This document shows, piece by piece, positions 8,219 to 17,935 of a stretch of DNA of 52,246 bases. The first letter of the stretch is position 1. Each line of letters begins with the position of its first letter. The stretch comes from Clostridia bacterium. GTDB taxonomy: Bacteria; Bacillota; Clostridia; Christensenellales; UBA1242. The position numbers and the translations under genes were made by a program. The notes beneath the pieces are model-generated. The model was not told the DNA's origin, made no database searches, and saw only the letters and a list, made by a program, of their open reading frames with translations. The stretch spans positions 1 to 52,246 of the forward strand of contig CAWVLM010000065.1 in the NCBI GenBank assembly GCA_963930145.1. Reading direction: 5' to 3'.

Positions 8219-9217
8219 ATGAGTTTTAAAATTAAGTTAATTTCAACAGTATCAGCATTTATTTTAGTATTTAGCATGCTTTTAGTAGGCGTGTTGGCTA
8301 CAACATCAGGGTTTACTATAAAATTAAAAGGCGATATTCAATTCAATATAGCAAATTCAACACTATATATAAAAGATATAAGAATATCAAATGGTTTAAC
8401 AGAAGGCGAAACAATAGATAATTTTTTGCCAAGCTTTGTTAATGAAAATTTTGAACTTGATTTAGGCACAGTTTTATCTGATAGTGGAACAGTATCCATT
8501 GAAATTGATGTTATTAACACAACGGAGACAGTATATAGTGCGAGTAGTAAGTCAAGTATAGCAGGTGCAGTTTTATCTGTCAGCGGGACTATTGCAGGTG
8601 ATAATGTGCCTCAAGAGAATGTTTTATCATACACAGGAATTTCTGGGACAGTGCACATTAGTATAAGTGCTGCTAGTTCTACAACGATAAACTTAAATGA
8701 GATAGTTGTAGATATGGCAGAAACAACAGAGCCCATTGGCTACACATTGACACTTAATAACAATGATAGTGACATAGAAGTATGGTATAAAACAGATATA
8801 AATAGTTTAAATTATAGCATACTTGACTCAAATAGCAGTGTCGAGATAAATACAAACAATTCAGATAGCTTTTACCTATATCTCACACTTAACGATGACC
8901 CTTATCCTTTTAAAGATAAAACAGAGTCTAGTTCTGAGGCTGCTTCAATAGAACCGCGTAAGTATGTTCTTAATTACCCTGTAAGTGTAAACGATGTTTT
9001 AATAGGTACATTATTATATGTGCAATCTAGTGTATTGCCGAGTACACAATATGAAGCAAACGAAGGAAGTGCAGAAGTTGGAAAGCCTGGAATTAATGTG
9101 GCGATGGAAGTTTCAGTTTCGGCAGCAGAAAATGATGTGGTGGAGACATCGGTGGACGAGTCGGGAACTATTTTAATTTGCAAAATAACAAAATCTTTAG
9201 TTATAGATATTAGATAA
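8219..9217 (+). CDS. secreted or surface protein of unknown function, paralog group with 13809..14378
   Basis: ATG at 8219 follows AAAAGGAGAAAAATT. N-terminal signal peptide MSFKIKLISTVSAFILVFSMLLVGVLA. The part of the ORF-track entry upstream of 8219 (TTG at 8111) overlaps the structured leader and is probably not translated. Confidence 0.75.
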   Translation: MSFKIKLISTVSAFILVFSMLLVGVLATTSGFTIKLKGDIQFNIANSTLYIKDIRISNGLTEGETIDNFLPSFVNENFELDLGTVLSDSGTVSIEIDVINTTETVYSASSKSSIAGAVLSVSGTIAGDNVPQENVLSYTGISGTVHISISAASSTTINLNEIVVDMAETTEPIGYTLTLNNNDSDIEVWYKTDINSLNYSILDSNSSVEINTNNSDSFYLYLTLNDDPYPFKDKTESSSEAASIEPRKYVLNYPVSVNDVLIGTLLYVQSSVLPSTQYEANEGSAEVGKPGINVAMEVSVSAAENDVVETSVDESGTILICKITKSLVIDIR

Positions 9218-9260
9218 TCATTTGCTAAATAGATAACTATTTTCATAATTATTTTAATCA

Positions 9261-9311
9261 AAAAAGCACTATTTTAAATGGGTTGCACCCCAAAATAAAA
9301 TAGTGCTTTTT
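9261..9311. terminator. bidirectional terminator (14-bp stem)
   Basis: AAAAGCACTATTTT pairs with AAAATAGTGCTTTT, flanked by A- and T-runs. It lies between convergent genes. Confidence 0.7.
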
Positions 9312-9312
9312 G

Positions 9313-10650
9313 TTATATGGTTGTATTCAATATAATTTTATTGCTGCTTACCATTTTTAAACAGTCTTCTTTTGACAGGCTCCATTGCTCGCCACTATTC
9401 ATATCTTTTAGGGCGTATAAGCCGCTTTCAATTTCATTTTCGCCAACAATTAAAATAAATGGAATTTGTTTGCGGTTTGCCTCCTTCAACTTAGCTTTGA
9501 AGGAGCGGTTTTCATAGTTGACATCGCATACAAGAGAACCAGAAAAGAACTTTTGAAGCTTTAAACATTCACACAATGTATCGCCCATAGGAATTATTTG
9601 AAGGTCGATGTTAGTTATCGAATATTCAGGAAGCATTCCTGCTTGGTCGAGAAGGTCAAAAAGTCGCGTAAGCCCAATACTTAACCCCACGCCGGGCATT
9701 TTTTTATCAGTATAGTAGCCCGCAAGATTGTCGTATCTTCCGCCGCCGCAGACTGTTAAGAACTCAGGATGCTCTGGCATCATGGCTTCAAAAACTGTGC
9801 CTGTGTAGTAATTTTGACCACGAATAATCCCAATGTCGAGAATATAGCAACTTTCGTCAACGCCTAAAGCAGACATATATTTATAAACTTCACTTAACTC
9901 TTGCACACCTTTTTGATAGGTTTCATTGTCGGTTAAATTCTTGATTTCATCTAAAATGTCAGCAAATTTGCCGCTTTTTAAGGTGAGATTTATAAGTTTT
10001 TCGCAATCTTTGTCTGTTATGCCAATCCTGGCAAGCTCAAACACTGCATTTTCTTTGCCAATTTTGTTTAATTTATCAAGTATTGTCAAGATATCTTGCG
10101 TTTTATCTTTATAGCCCAAAGCTTCACAATACCCAAAAAGGATGTTTCGGTTTGATATGTGGTTGAGAATTTTAAGCTCAAGTGCCTTAAAAACCTTGTC
10201 AACGATTGCAAGACATTCAGCGTCAGCCACAATAGGCAGTTCGTCTAACCCCACAATATCAGCATCGCATTGAATAAACTCGCGAAATCTCCCTTTTTGA
10301 GCTTTTTCGCCGCGATAGACCTTGCCTATCTGATATCTTTTGAAGGGGAAGGCAATCTCATTTGCATTCATTGCAACATATCTTGCAAGTGGAACTGTCA
10401 AGTCATAACGCATACAAATATCGGTATCACCTTTTTTGAAGGCATAGACTTCCTTATCAATAGCTCCACCGCTCTTAGCCATTAAGATTTCGCTATACTC
10501 AAGCACAGGTGTATCAAGCGGCATGAAAGCTGCACTTTGATAGACTTTTTTAATTTTATCAATCATTATATCAAAAACCACTTGCTTGTAGGGTGGAAGT
10601 TCCATAAAACCCGACAATTTTCGCGGGGTTATAAGTTTTTTATCATTCAT
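9313..10650 (-). CDS. hisS: histidine--tRNA ligase
   Basis: Class II motifs (RYDLTVPLARY; FKRYQIGKVYRGEKAQKGRFREFIQCD) and a C-terminal anticodon-binding domain. The likely start is ATG at 10650 after AAAGGAG, not 10719. Confidence 0.9.
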   Translation of the reverse strand: MNDKKLITPRKLSGFMELPPYKQVVFDIMIDKIKKVYQSAAFMPLDTPVLEYSEILMAKSGGAIDKEVYAFKKGDTDICMRYDLTVPLARYVAMNANEIAFPFKRYQIGKVYRGEKAQKGRFREFIQCDADIVGLDELPIVADAECLAIVDKVFKALELKILNHISNRNILFGYCEALGYKDKTQDILTILDKLNKIGKENAVFELARIGITDKDCEKLINLTLKSGKFADILDEIKNLTDNETYQKGVQELSEVYKYMSALGVDESCYILDIGIIRGQNYYTGTVFEAMMPEHPEFLTVCGGGRYDNLAGYYTDKKMPGVGLSIGLTRLFDLLDQAGMLPEYSITNIDLQIIPMGDTLCECLKLQKFFSGSLVCDVNYENRSFKAKLKEANRKQIPFILIVGENEIESGLYALKDMNSGEQWSLSKEDCLKMVSSNKIILNTTI

Positions 10651-10810
10651 AAATGCTCCTTTAAGGTTGTAAATTATAGAGAAGATACAAAAAACATTGT
10701 TTGCCACACTTTTATACAAATAAATAATAAAACAAAGCTATAAAAAGTCAAAATAAAATGAAATAGTTTTTACAAAATTGCCATATTTTTATGAAAAAAG
10801 CAGTGAAGGG

Positions 10811-11150
10811 TTATACAGTTATCCACAAAAAGTTATCCACATATCCACATGTAAATATTTATACATAAGTGTTAATTTTTATGCAAAATCGGGTATTTTG
10901 ACGATTTTGGGGGTTATCCATGGCAAGTTATCCACATTTCCACATTGATTTTTCATGAATTTGGCTTAAAACAAGCAAATTTCAAAATAATTTTTAAAGA
11001 TTGTTTTAAAAACTTTGATAATTTTCTTGACTTTTTTAAATTGATTTTTTTGTCAAAATTTAAAAGTTTGAGATAGTTATTATTTAATATATAATTTAAA
11101 AGGTTTTTTGCATAATTATAAACAAACTTTAATAAGTTATCCACATTTTT
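10811..11150 (+). promoter_or_regulatory. DnaA-box cluster with adjacent AT-rich tract (oriC-like region)
   Basis: Perfect TTATCCACA at 10819-10827, 10833-10841, 10928-10936 and 11137-11145, all in the same orientation. Near-matches at 10811, 10841, 10914 and 10936. The interval 10950-11130 is almost pure A/T. Confidence 0.6.
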
Positions 11151-11214
11151 GTCCATATCCTAGACAAAAACATGGCAAAATTTGTAATTTTTTTTGTTTT
11201 TATAGAAGAGTTTT

Positions 11215-13290
11215 TTAAATTTTTTCTTCAATAATGTTAATATCTTTAAGTAGCATGCTCCTATCTTTTTCACACACAAAGAAAAGTTTATGAAGAGCTC
11301 TTGTTGCTGAAACATAGATGATATTTTTGTCTATAGTATTTTTATAGTTTTCACTATCAGCGTTTGGAATGATTACGGCATCAAATTCAATGCCCTTAGC
11401 TGTTGCACAGGATGAGATAAGTATTCTGTTATTATAGTCTTCTGGTTCGTTTAAAAGAGTGCATTTTGTAAATTTGGAAAGCTGTTTTTGCAGGGCAGAA
11501 GCTTCTTTATTGCATTTACAGATGATCGCAATATGGTCAAAACTTTGACATTCTGTTTCGATAATTTTCAAAATTGTGGCAATTTGGTTGTTAGTTTGAT
11601 ATAACGCTGGCTCTTTGCCACTTCTATTTACAAACTCAATATCATTAAGCCCTATAAGATTATTTGCAAACTTGGCAATTTCTTTTGTTGAGCGGTAGGT
11701 TTTCTTAAGTTCAAGCAACTTGCAGCCCAAGAAATCGGCAGTTATTTGCAGATACTCAGGTGATGGATTTTTTTCAATGCATTGATGCACATCTCCCACC
11801 ACAATGCAAGGGCAAGACCATAGCTTTCTAAAAAGATAGATATCAACTGGGGTGAAGTCTTGCATTTCATCTATAATAAGGTATTTTGCAGAGAAGTCGT
11901 GGTCAAAACCATATAAAAAGTATTTAATTGCAAGGTATGTGCCTTTATCAATATAGTCTATAGTTGGTTTATTGCTTACCTTGAAGCCTTCTCTTGCCAT
12001 AAAAATCTCAAATATCTTATTGACGTCACGTATTGGCAAAAATTTATAAAGTATGCGTTTAAATCTATCACGTAAGGCTTTATTTTGTTCTCTAGTGTAG
12101 TGGCGTTCTTCGGTGAAGACCATAGCGTATTGCCAAGCAATCTTGTTTATACGCTCATATAGGTCAAGCCCTTTGAATGTTTTGAAGAAAAGCTCCTTAG
12201 TCTTTTCAGCAGGGAAGTCGACAGTCTCAACAGTGTTGTCTAGGTTTTCTTTGACCACATAAGAGAGATTTTGCGGCGTAAAAGTTTCAAGGAAAGGTCC
12301 CTTCAAAAATCTAAGCAAGCTATCAAGATATTCATAAGAAGATTTATATGATATTTCATCAAGAACGCTTTGTTTAGGACTTGTTGCTATGTCGTCAAGC
12401 ATGCTCTCTCTTGACTGAATAGGGCGTTTAAGTTCAGCTCTAGCAATCTGTGCAAAGGTGGTTTCAACAAGGTTGTCTTCGCCAAGTTGCGGCAAAACTT
12501 CAGAGATATAACTTGAAAACACGTTGTTAGGGGATATAATCAAAATATCTTTACTTTTTATCTGTCCGCGATGCTTATATAGAAGATATGCAGCTCTGTG
12601 AAGAGCTATTGATGTCTTGCCCGAACCAGCCACGCCTTGAATAAGCATGCTGTCGGCAATATCTTTTCTCATAATTTCATTTTGTTCTTTTTGAATTGAA
12701 GAAACAATCTGTTTCATCTTCACGGAAACATTTTTAGAAAGAATCTCTTGCAAGATTTCATCATTGATTGTCATGTCAGTGTCAAAGTACGATAAAAGCT
12801 GACCATCTTCTATTTTGTATTGTCTTTTAAGCTGAAGCGTTCCGCTATACTCTTCTTTGCCAATTTTGAAACTAGCAGGTCCAAGATTATAGTCATAATA
12901 CATTGAAGAGATAGGTGCTCGCCAGTCTGCAACATACAGTTTGTTGTCATCCACGATATTGCCAATGCCAATATATACCTTTTGTACTGTCTTGCGATTC
13001 TTAGGAAGAAAGTCTATACGAGCAAAATATGGATGGTCTTTTTGTAGGTATAAACGCTTTGTCTCTTTAACAATCTCGCCTTCCACAGATTCAATATCTG
13101 CAAGATTTGAATATGTCTCAGATAAGTCCAGCCCGTCTTCTTTTGCTATTTCATGGAAATTTTCAGAAAGGTCTGATACGCCAAGTTTTAACTTGTTTTT
13201 TATGCTTTTAACTCTTTCTTGGCTCTCGTTTATTTTTTTATCAATAATTTTTAATGTTTTTTCAAGATATTCTTTTTCTTTTATATCCAA
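11215..13290 (-). CDS. helD: UvrD/HelD-like superfamily 1 helicase (RNA polymerase recycling ATPase HelD-like)
   Basis: Walker A GVAGSGKTSIALHRAAYLLY, DEMQD motif (IIDEMQDFT), C-terminal VSATRALHKL. The ORF track starts at GTG 13308; TTG at 13290, preceded by AAGGGGG, is the more likely start. Confidence 0.75.
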   Translation of the reverse strand: MDIKEKEYLEKTLKIIDKKINESQERVKSIKNKLKLGVSDLSENFHEIAKEDGLDLSETYSNLADIESVEGEIVKETKRLYLQKDHPYFARIDFLPKNRKTVQKVYIGIGNIVDDNKLYVADWRAPISSMYYDYNLGPASFKIGKEEYSGTLQLKRQYKIEDGQLLSYFDTDMTINDEILQEILSKNVSVKMKQIVSSIQKEQNEIMRKDIADSMLIQGVAGSGKTSIALHRAAYLLYKHRGQIKSKDILIISPNNVFSSYISEVLPQLGEDNLVETTFAQIARAELKRPIQSRESMLDDIATSPKQSVLDEISYKSSYEYLDSLLRFLKGPFLETFTPQNLSYVVKENLDNTVETVDFPAEKTKELFFKTFKGLDLYERINKIAWQYAMVFTEERHYTREQNKALRDRFKRILYKFLPIRDVNKIFEIFMAREGFKVSNKPTIDYIDKGTYLAIKYFLYGFDHDFSAKYLIIDEMQDFTPVDIYLFRKLWSCPCIVVGDVHQCIEKNPSPEYLQITADFLGCKLLELKKTYRSTKEIAKFANNLIGLNDIEFVNRSGKEPALYQTNNQIATILKIIETECQSFDHIAIICKCNKEASALQKQLSKFTKCTLLNEPEDYNNRILISSCATAKGIEFDAVIIPNADSENYKNTIDKNIIYVSATRALHKLFFVCEKDRSMLLKDINIIEEKI

Positions 13291-13382
13291 TTTTTCCCCC
13301 TTTGTCACACAACATTTATGCGGCTTGTCTATCTAAGTTTGTTTTTTATAGATAAACCAATATAGCGTGCTAGCATGAGCGC

Positions 13383-13475
13383 GGGCTGTGAAGCTAAGAA
13401 GCCTTGCGGCTTCTTACAAAACAACAAGTTGTTTTGCCAATTTTTAAAATACTTTAAAAATCAGCTTCACAGCCC
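13383..13475. repeat. four-way-junction (cloverleaf-like) palindromic element, copy III
   Basis: Perfect 13-bp closing stem GGGCTGTGAAGCT (13383-13395) / AGCTTCACAGCCC (13463-13475). Arms at 13396-13415 (8 bp), 13417-13436 (8-9 bp) and 13440-13461 (9 bp). Confidence 0.6.
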
Positions 13476-13700
13476 ATTTGCTTAGAAAACTAACCCTAAA
13501 TCGCATCAAAAACTTTTTTTGCTTGCAAAATGTTGTTTTGATTTAAAATTATATCATATTCACTGACAAAAGTCAAGAAAGAAGCCGCCCTAGAGAGAAT
13601 ATAATAAGCCGCTTAGGAAAGAGTCATCTCAAATACAACATATAAGATAATAATATGAAAAATAAAAAATAAAAAAATTTAAAAAAATTGTTAAAAATGC

Positions 13701-13728
13701 TTGACAAACGTTGCGGGGGGGGTATAAT
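13701..13728 (+). promoter_or_regulatory. sigma-A type promoter with a G8 tract in the spacer (P2)
   Basis: TTGACA 13701-13706 and TATAAT 13723-13728. The 16-bp spacer ends in GGGGGGGG (13715-13722). The upstream 25 nt are near-identical to P1. Confidence 0.65.
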
Positions 13729-13808
13729 AGGGTAACTTAAAAATATAATATCATTTTTATTGCCCGAAAATGATATGAATATATTTTAAGTTTAAAAGGA
13801 GAAAAAAT

Positions 13809-14378
13809 ATGAGTTTAAAATTAAAATTAGCAACAAGTATCAGTGCCTTTTTTCTAGTTCTTGCAATGCTTGTCACAGGCGTGTTTGCTGCAAGAAACTT
13901 AGAATTTAACTTTGGCGGCACAGTAAACTTTGAAGCTCTCAGCGGCGAAATCGACGCACTTGTTACTGGTGAAGTAACAGGCACAGCCACACCAATAACA
14001 CTTGAAGATATATCAATAGAGCAAGGGACAGAAACTGTAACTGTTCCACTTTCATGGCAAAACATGGACTTAACTTATGCAAAAGATGGAAAACAAATAG
14101 TTTTAACAATATCTGTGCAAAATAGACGTTCTGATAGAGATTTAGAAGCTATTATATCTATGGAAGGCCTTGCAGCTAGCGAAGAACAGGCTGGAGAAGA
14201 CAATGTATATGGGTTTTTTGGCAATGTACCACCATCTAGTAGTGAAACTTTATCTATTAAACCAAATCAATCAGGTGAAGTTGACTTTAGAATAAACATA
14301 GTAGATAAATTCGCACCTGTTGATAATGTCAACGTAACATTCACAATTTCGCTGCAAGACAGAGAGCCAACAGCATAA
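13809..14378 (+). CDS. secreted or surface protein of unknown function, paralog of 8219..9217
   Basis: Same RBS context (AAAAGGAGAAAAAAT ATG). Signal peptide MSLKLKLATSISAFFLVLAMLVTGVFA aligns with that of the 8219 gene. Confidence 0.75.
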   Translation: MSLKLKLATSISAFFLVLAMLVTGVFAARNLEFNFGGTVNFEALSGEIDALVTGEVTGTATPITLEDISIEQGTETVTVPLSWQNMDLTYAKDGKQIVLTISVQNRRSDRDLEAIISMEGLAASEEQAGEDNVYGFFGNVPPSSSETLSIKPNQSGEVDFRINIVDKFAPVDNVNVTFTISLQDREPTA

Positions 14379-14402
14379 ACCTTTTTAATGACATAATTTT
14401 TT

Positions 14403-14431
14403 AAAGACAGAAAGGGCAATCTGTCTTTTTT
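14403..14431 (+). terminator. intrinsic terminator
   Basis: AAAGACAG pairs with CTGTCTTT, followed by a T-run. Confidence 0.6.
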
Positions 14432-14474
14432 AATATGCGGTTTTTAATATTAAACATCATCAAAAAACTTCATT

Positions 14475-14511
14475 AAAAAACTCTTACACCTAAATTAGTG
14501 TAAGAGTTTTT
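14475..14511 (-). terminator. intrinsic terminator of gyrA
   Basis: AAAAACTCTTACAC pairs with GTGTAAGAGTTTTT (14-bp stem), with a T-run on the minus strand. Confidence 0.65.
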
Positions 14512-14517
14512 ATTCAT

Positions 14518-17139
14518 CTATTCATTATTCGTATCATCTGTTGTAACATCACTTTCTTGGCTGTTGATTGAATTTTCTTCTTCAGAAATTTTTGCTGCAA
14601 CATTATTTTCTGAGCTTTCAATATTGATATCATTTTCGCTTTTTGTTATTTCTTGATTTTGAGCATTTTCATCAATACTTTCACTTTCTTCTTCCTTCTT
14701 GGCAAGTGCCACACCCACAATCTTGCTGCCTTCTCTAAGCTTCATCACTCTCACGCCTTGACTTACCCTTGAGAGTGAACTAATTTGCTCTACAGGTGTT
14801 CTGATAATCACACCATTGTCAGCAATAAGCATGATGTCGTCGTCAGCGATAGATTGCTTTAATGCTACAAGTTTGCCTGTTTTTTCGTTGAATACGCCAG
14901 CTTTAACACCTTTTCCGCCACGGCTTTGAAGCCTATATTCTTCAACGTCACTGCGTTTTCCATAGCCATTTTCAGAAATAGTAACAATTTGAGAATTTTT
15001 CTTAACAATTGCCATGTCAACAATATAGTCACTTTCGCTTAGCCTTAAGCTTCTTACGCCTTGACTTTCTCGTCCCATATTACGCACATCTTTTTCATTG
15101 AATCGGATGGCTTTTCCGTCATGAGATGCAATTAAAATATCATCTTTACCAGAAGAAACTTCCACGCCAATAAGCTCGTCGTCATCGAGTAGATGAATAG
15201 CCTTCTTTCCAACTTTGCGAATAGACGCAAATTCTTCAAGTCGCGTTTTCTTGATAAGTCCGCGTTTTGTCGCCATGATAAGGTTGCCTTCTGCATCATC
15301 TTTTCGCGGTATAACGGTTGTAACCTTCTCGCCTTCGCTTAGCATAAGCAGGTTGATTATAGCTCGACCTTTTGCAGTTTTTTGAGCTTCAGGCACTTCA
15401 TAAGCTTTAATAGAGTAAACGCGTCCTAGATTTGTGAAGAACAAAAGGTCATCATGGGTATTTGTGATAAACATGTTTTCAACGTAGTCTTCTTCTTTGG
15501 TCTTGTGTGCGGTCACACCCACGCCGCCACGATTTTGAGCTTTATATTCACTTGTCGACATTCTTTTGATATAACCTTGATGAGTCATAGAGACCACAAC
15601 ATCTTCCTTTTCAATAAGGTCAGCAATATCAATTCCGCCAGCATCAAGGCTGATTTCAGTTTTTCTTGCGTCACCAAACTTATTTTTAATCTCTTCAAAA
15701 TTGTCACGCAAGATTTTAAGAACGCGGGCAGGAGTTGCAAGTATATCTTCAAGGTCAATGATAAGAGCGTCAAGTTGACGCAGCTCTTCATTAAGTTTTT
15801 CAACCTCAAGAGAAGTGAGTCTTGAAAGTTTCATTTCAAGGATTGCGTTGGCTTGAATATCGTCAAGTTCAAAATTTTCGGTAAGTTTTATTGCAGCGTC
15901 TTGTTTATCGTCAGACGATTTGATTATAGCAATCACTTCGTCAATGTTTGCAAGAGCAATAACAAGCCCTTTAACAATATGTTCACGCTCTTTTGCCTTT
16001 TCAAGTTCATATTGAGTTTTTCTTGTCAAAACTTCCTTTTGGTGTTCAAGATAATAATAGAGCATTTCCTTAAGGTTTAAAATGCGTGGAGTGCCATTTA
16101 CAAGGGCAAGGAAGATTATTCCGCTGCTTTTTTGTAGCTGTGTTTGTTTATAGAGAGAGTTAAGCACAACTTGAGCGTTAAAGTCTTTTTTAATGTCAAT
16201 AACAATTCTCATACCTTTGCGGTCAGATTCTTCTTTTATGTCGCTAATTCCGTCAAGCCTCTTGTTCTTAACAAGGTCAGCCATTTGCACAATAAGCTGC
16301 GCTTTGTTGACTTGAAACGGAAGCTCTGTGATAATAATTCTGCTTCTTCCACTTGCAGTCTCTTCAATTTCAGCTTTGCCACGCACAACAATTCCGCCAC
16401 GACCTGTCTTATATGCATGTTTAACAGCAGCTCTTCCCATGATAATGCCGCCAGTTGGAAAATCTGGGGCAGGAATGATTTTTATAAGCTCGTCTATATC
16501 AATCTCAGGATTGTCAATCAGTGCTTGCAATCCGTTTAAAACTTCGGTAAGGTTGTGCGGTGGGATATTTGTTGCCATACCAACGGCAATACCATCAGAA
16601 CCATTGATAAGAAGGTTAGGAATTTTTGCAGGAAGAACGGCTGGCTGCAACAGGGTGTTATCGAAATTAGGGTAGAAGTCGACTGTGCTCTTATCTATAT
16701 CTTCAAGCATAAGCCCAGCAATCTTAGAAAGCCTTGCTTCTGTGTAACGCATAGCGGCAGGTGGGTCGCCATCAACAGAGCCAAAGTTACCTTGCCCGTC
16801 AACGAGAGGATATCTTATTGAGAAATCCTGTGCAAGACGCACCATAGCGTCATAGACCGAACTATCTCCGTGTGGATGATATTTACCCATAACATCGCCG
16901 ACAATTCTTGCACATTTTTTAGTAGGCTTGTCATAAAAGTTATTCATTTCGCCCATTGCATAGAGTATACGCCTATGCACAGGTTTAAGCCCGTCACGCA
17001 CATCAGGAATAGCACGCGACACGTTGACTGCCATTGCGTAAGAGATAAACGACCTTTTAAGGTTGTCTACTGTATCGACTTTTTCTACTTTAGTGTCTTG
17101 GAAAATTTCTTCCAAAGACTTTTTGCTTTCATGCTCCAT
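14518..17139 (-). CDS. gyrA: DNA gyrase subunit A with an acidic C-terminal tail
   Basis: AMRYTEARL active-site region, GKYHPHGD, C-terminal beta-pinwheel repeats; 873 aa. Confidence 0.97.
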   Translation of the reverse strand: MEHESKKSLEEIFQDTKVEKVDTVDNLKRSFISYAMAVNVSRAIPDVRDGLKPVHRRILYAMGEMNNFYDKPTKKCARIVGDVMGKYHPHGDSSVYDAMVRLAQDFSIRYPLVDGQGNFGSVDGDPPAAMRYTEARLSKIAGLMLEDIDKSTVDFYPNFDNTLLQPAVLPAKIPNLLINGSDGIAVGMATNIPPHNLTEVLNGLQALIDNPEIDIDELIKIIPAPDFPTGGIIMGRAAVKHAYKTGRGGIVVRGKAEIEETASGRSRIIITELPFQVNKAQLIVQMADLVKNKRLDGISDIKEESDRKGMRIVIDIKKDFNAQVVLNSLYKQTQLQKSSGIIFLALVNGTPRILNLKEMLYYYLEHQKEVLTRKTQYELEKAKEREHIVKGLVIALANIDEVIAIIKSSDDKQDAAIKLTENFELDDIQANAILEMKLSRLTSLEVEKLNEELRQLDALIIDLEDILATPARVLKILRDNFEEIKNKFGDARKTEISLDAGGIDIADLIEKEDVVVSMTHQGYIKRMSTSEYKAQNRGGVGVTAHKTKEEDYVENMFITNTHDDLLFFTNLGRVYSIKAYEVPEAQKTAKGRAIINLLMLSEGEKVTTVIPRKDDAEGNLIMATKRGLIKKTRLEEFASIRKVGKKAIHLLDDDELIGVEVSSGKDDILIASHDGKAIRFNEKDVRNMGRESQGVRSLRLSESDYIVDMAIVKKNSQIVTISENGYGKRSDVEEYRLQSRGGKGVKAGVFNEKTGKLVALKQSIADDDIMLIADNGVIIRTPVEQISSLSRVSQGVRVMKLREGSKIVGVALAKKEEESESIDENAQNQEITKSENDINIESSENNVAAKISEEENSINSQESDVTTDDTNNE

Positions 17140-17228
17140 TTTACGCTCCTATTTTTATTTTAAGCTGTTATTAGTTTTAATTGTTATTTAAAAGTTTAAG
17201 ATAAAATTATAAAATTTTTAAAAATATT

Positions 17229-17555
17229 TTAACGTTTTTTATTTTCATGTATTTTCTTTCGATATTCTTCAGCACGTTTTGCACCGCGTTTGATTTTATA
17301 CTCTATCATTTCATCAACTTTTTCGCTGCCAAACATAAGCCTTATCTGTTCTGCGCATATCAGCACATCAGCTGTCTCTTCTATGATGTTTTCTTTAACT
17401 TTTTCCATTTTTTCGTCATTTCCTATCGCACGAAAATACTTACAAAGTTCTTTGGTAAGCTCACTCATCTCTTCAATGCATATCATAATTTGTGCTTGCT
17501 CACCAAAGGTCTCATTATAATTTTTATAGCACTTTTCTCGCTCTTCTCTGTCCAT
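17229..17555 (-). CDS. MazG-like nucleotide pyrophosphohydrolase family small protein
   Basis: 108 aa. EExxE...EExxD signature (CIEEMSELTKEL ... IIEETADVLICAEQI). Confidence 0.65.
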   Translation of the reverse strand: MDREEREKCYKNYNETFGEQAQIMICIEEMSELTKELCKYFRAIGNDEKMEKVKENIIEETADVLICAEQIRLMFGSEKVDEMIEYKIKRGAKRAEEYRKKIHENKKR

Positions 17556-17596
17556 CTTTTCTTCCTTTTAATTAAGAAGTTTTAAGAATGATTTGT

Positions 17597-17917
17597 TCAA
17601 ATCCTAGTTTTTTTACTTTCCATGTTTTTCTTTTCAGCTCTTTTCAAGGCCCTGTCTAATTTATATTGTTTGATATCATTGATTTTGTCTTGACCAAACA
17701 TATATGAAAGCTGCCCCATATTTATTGACACATCTGCAAGCTCTTCTTGCAAGTTTTCTAGTGCCTTTTGAATTTCAAGTTCATCTCCTGTTGCAACTTT
17801 ACGCTTATATTTGCATATCGCTTGCAATAATTCGCCCATCTCTTCAATAGCACATTGAAATTGTGTTTCTTCGCCAAACGTATCTAAAAAAATCTTATAA
17901 TATTCTTCGTCTTTCAT
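17597..17917 (-). CDS. MazG-like nucleotide pyrophosphohydrolase family small protein (tandem paralog)
   Basis: 106 aa. AIEEMGELLQAI ... LQEELADVSINMGQL. Clearly related to the adjacent 17229..17555 product. Confidence 0.65.
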   Translation of the reverse strand: MKDEEYYKIFLDTFGEETQFQCAIEEMGELLQAICKYKRKVATGDELEIQKALENLQEELADVSINMGQLSYMFGQDKINDIKQYKLDRALKRAEKKNMESKKTRI

Positions 17918-17935
17918 AATTTCCCCCTTATATCT

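Noticed and set aside
10953-11156. 67-aa minus-strand ORF in the hisS-helicase intergenic region
   Set aside because: It lies entirely in the near-pure A/T tract between DnaA boxes. It is Lys/Asn/Leu-only low complexity and has no RBS.
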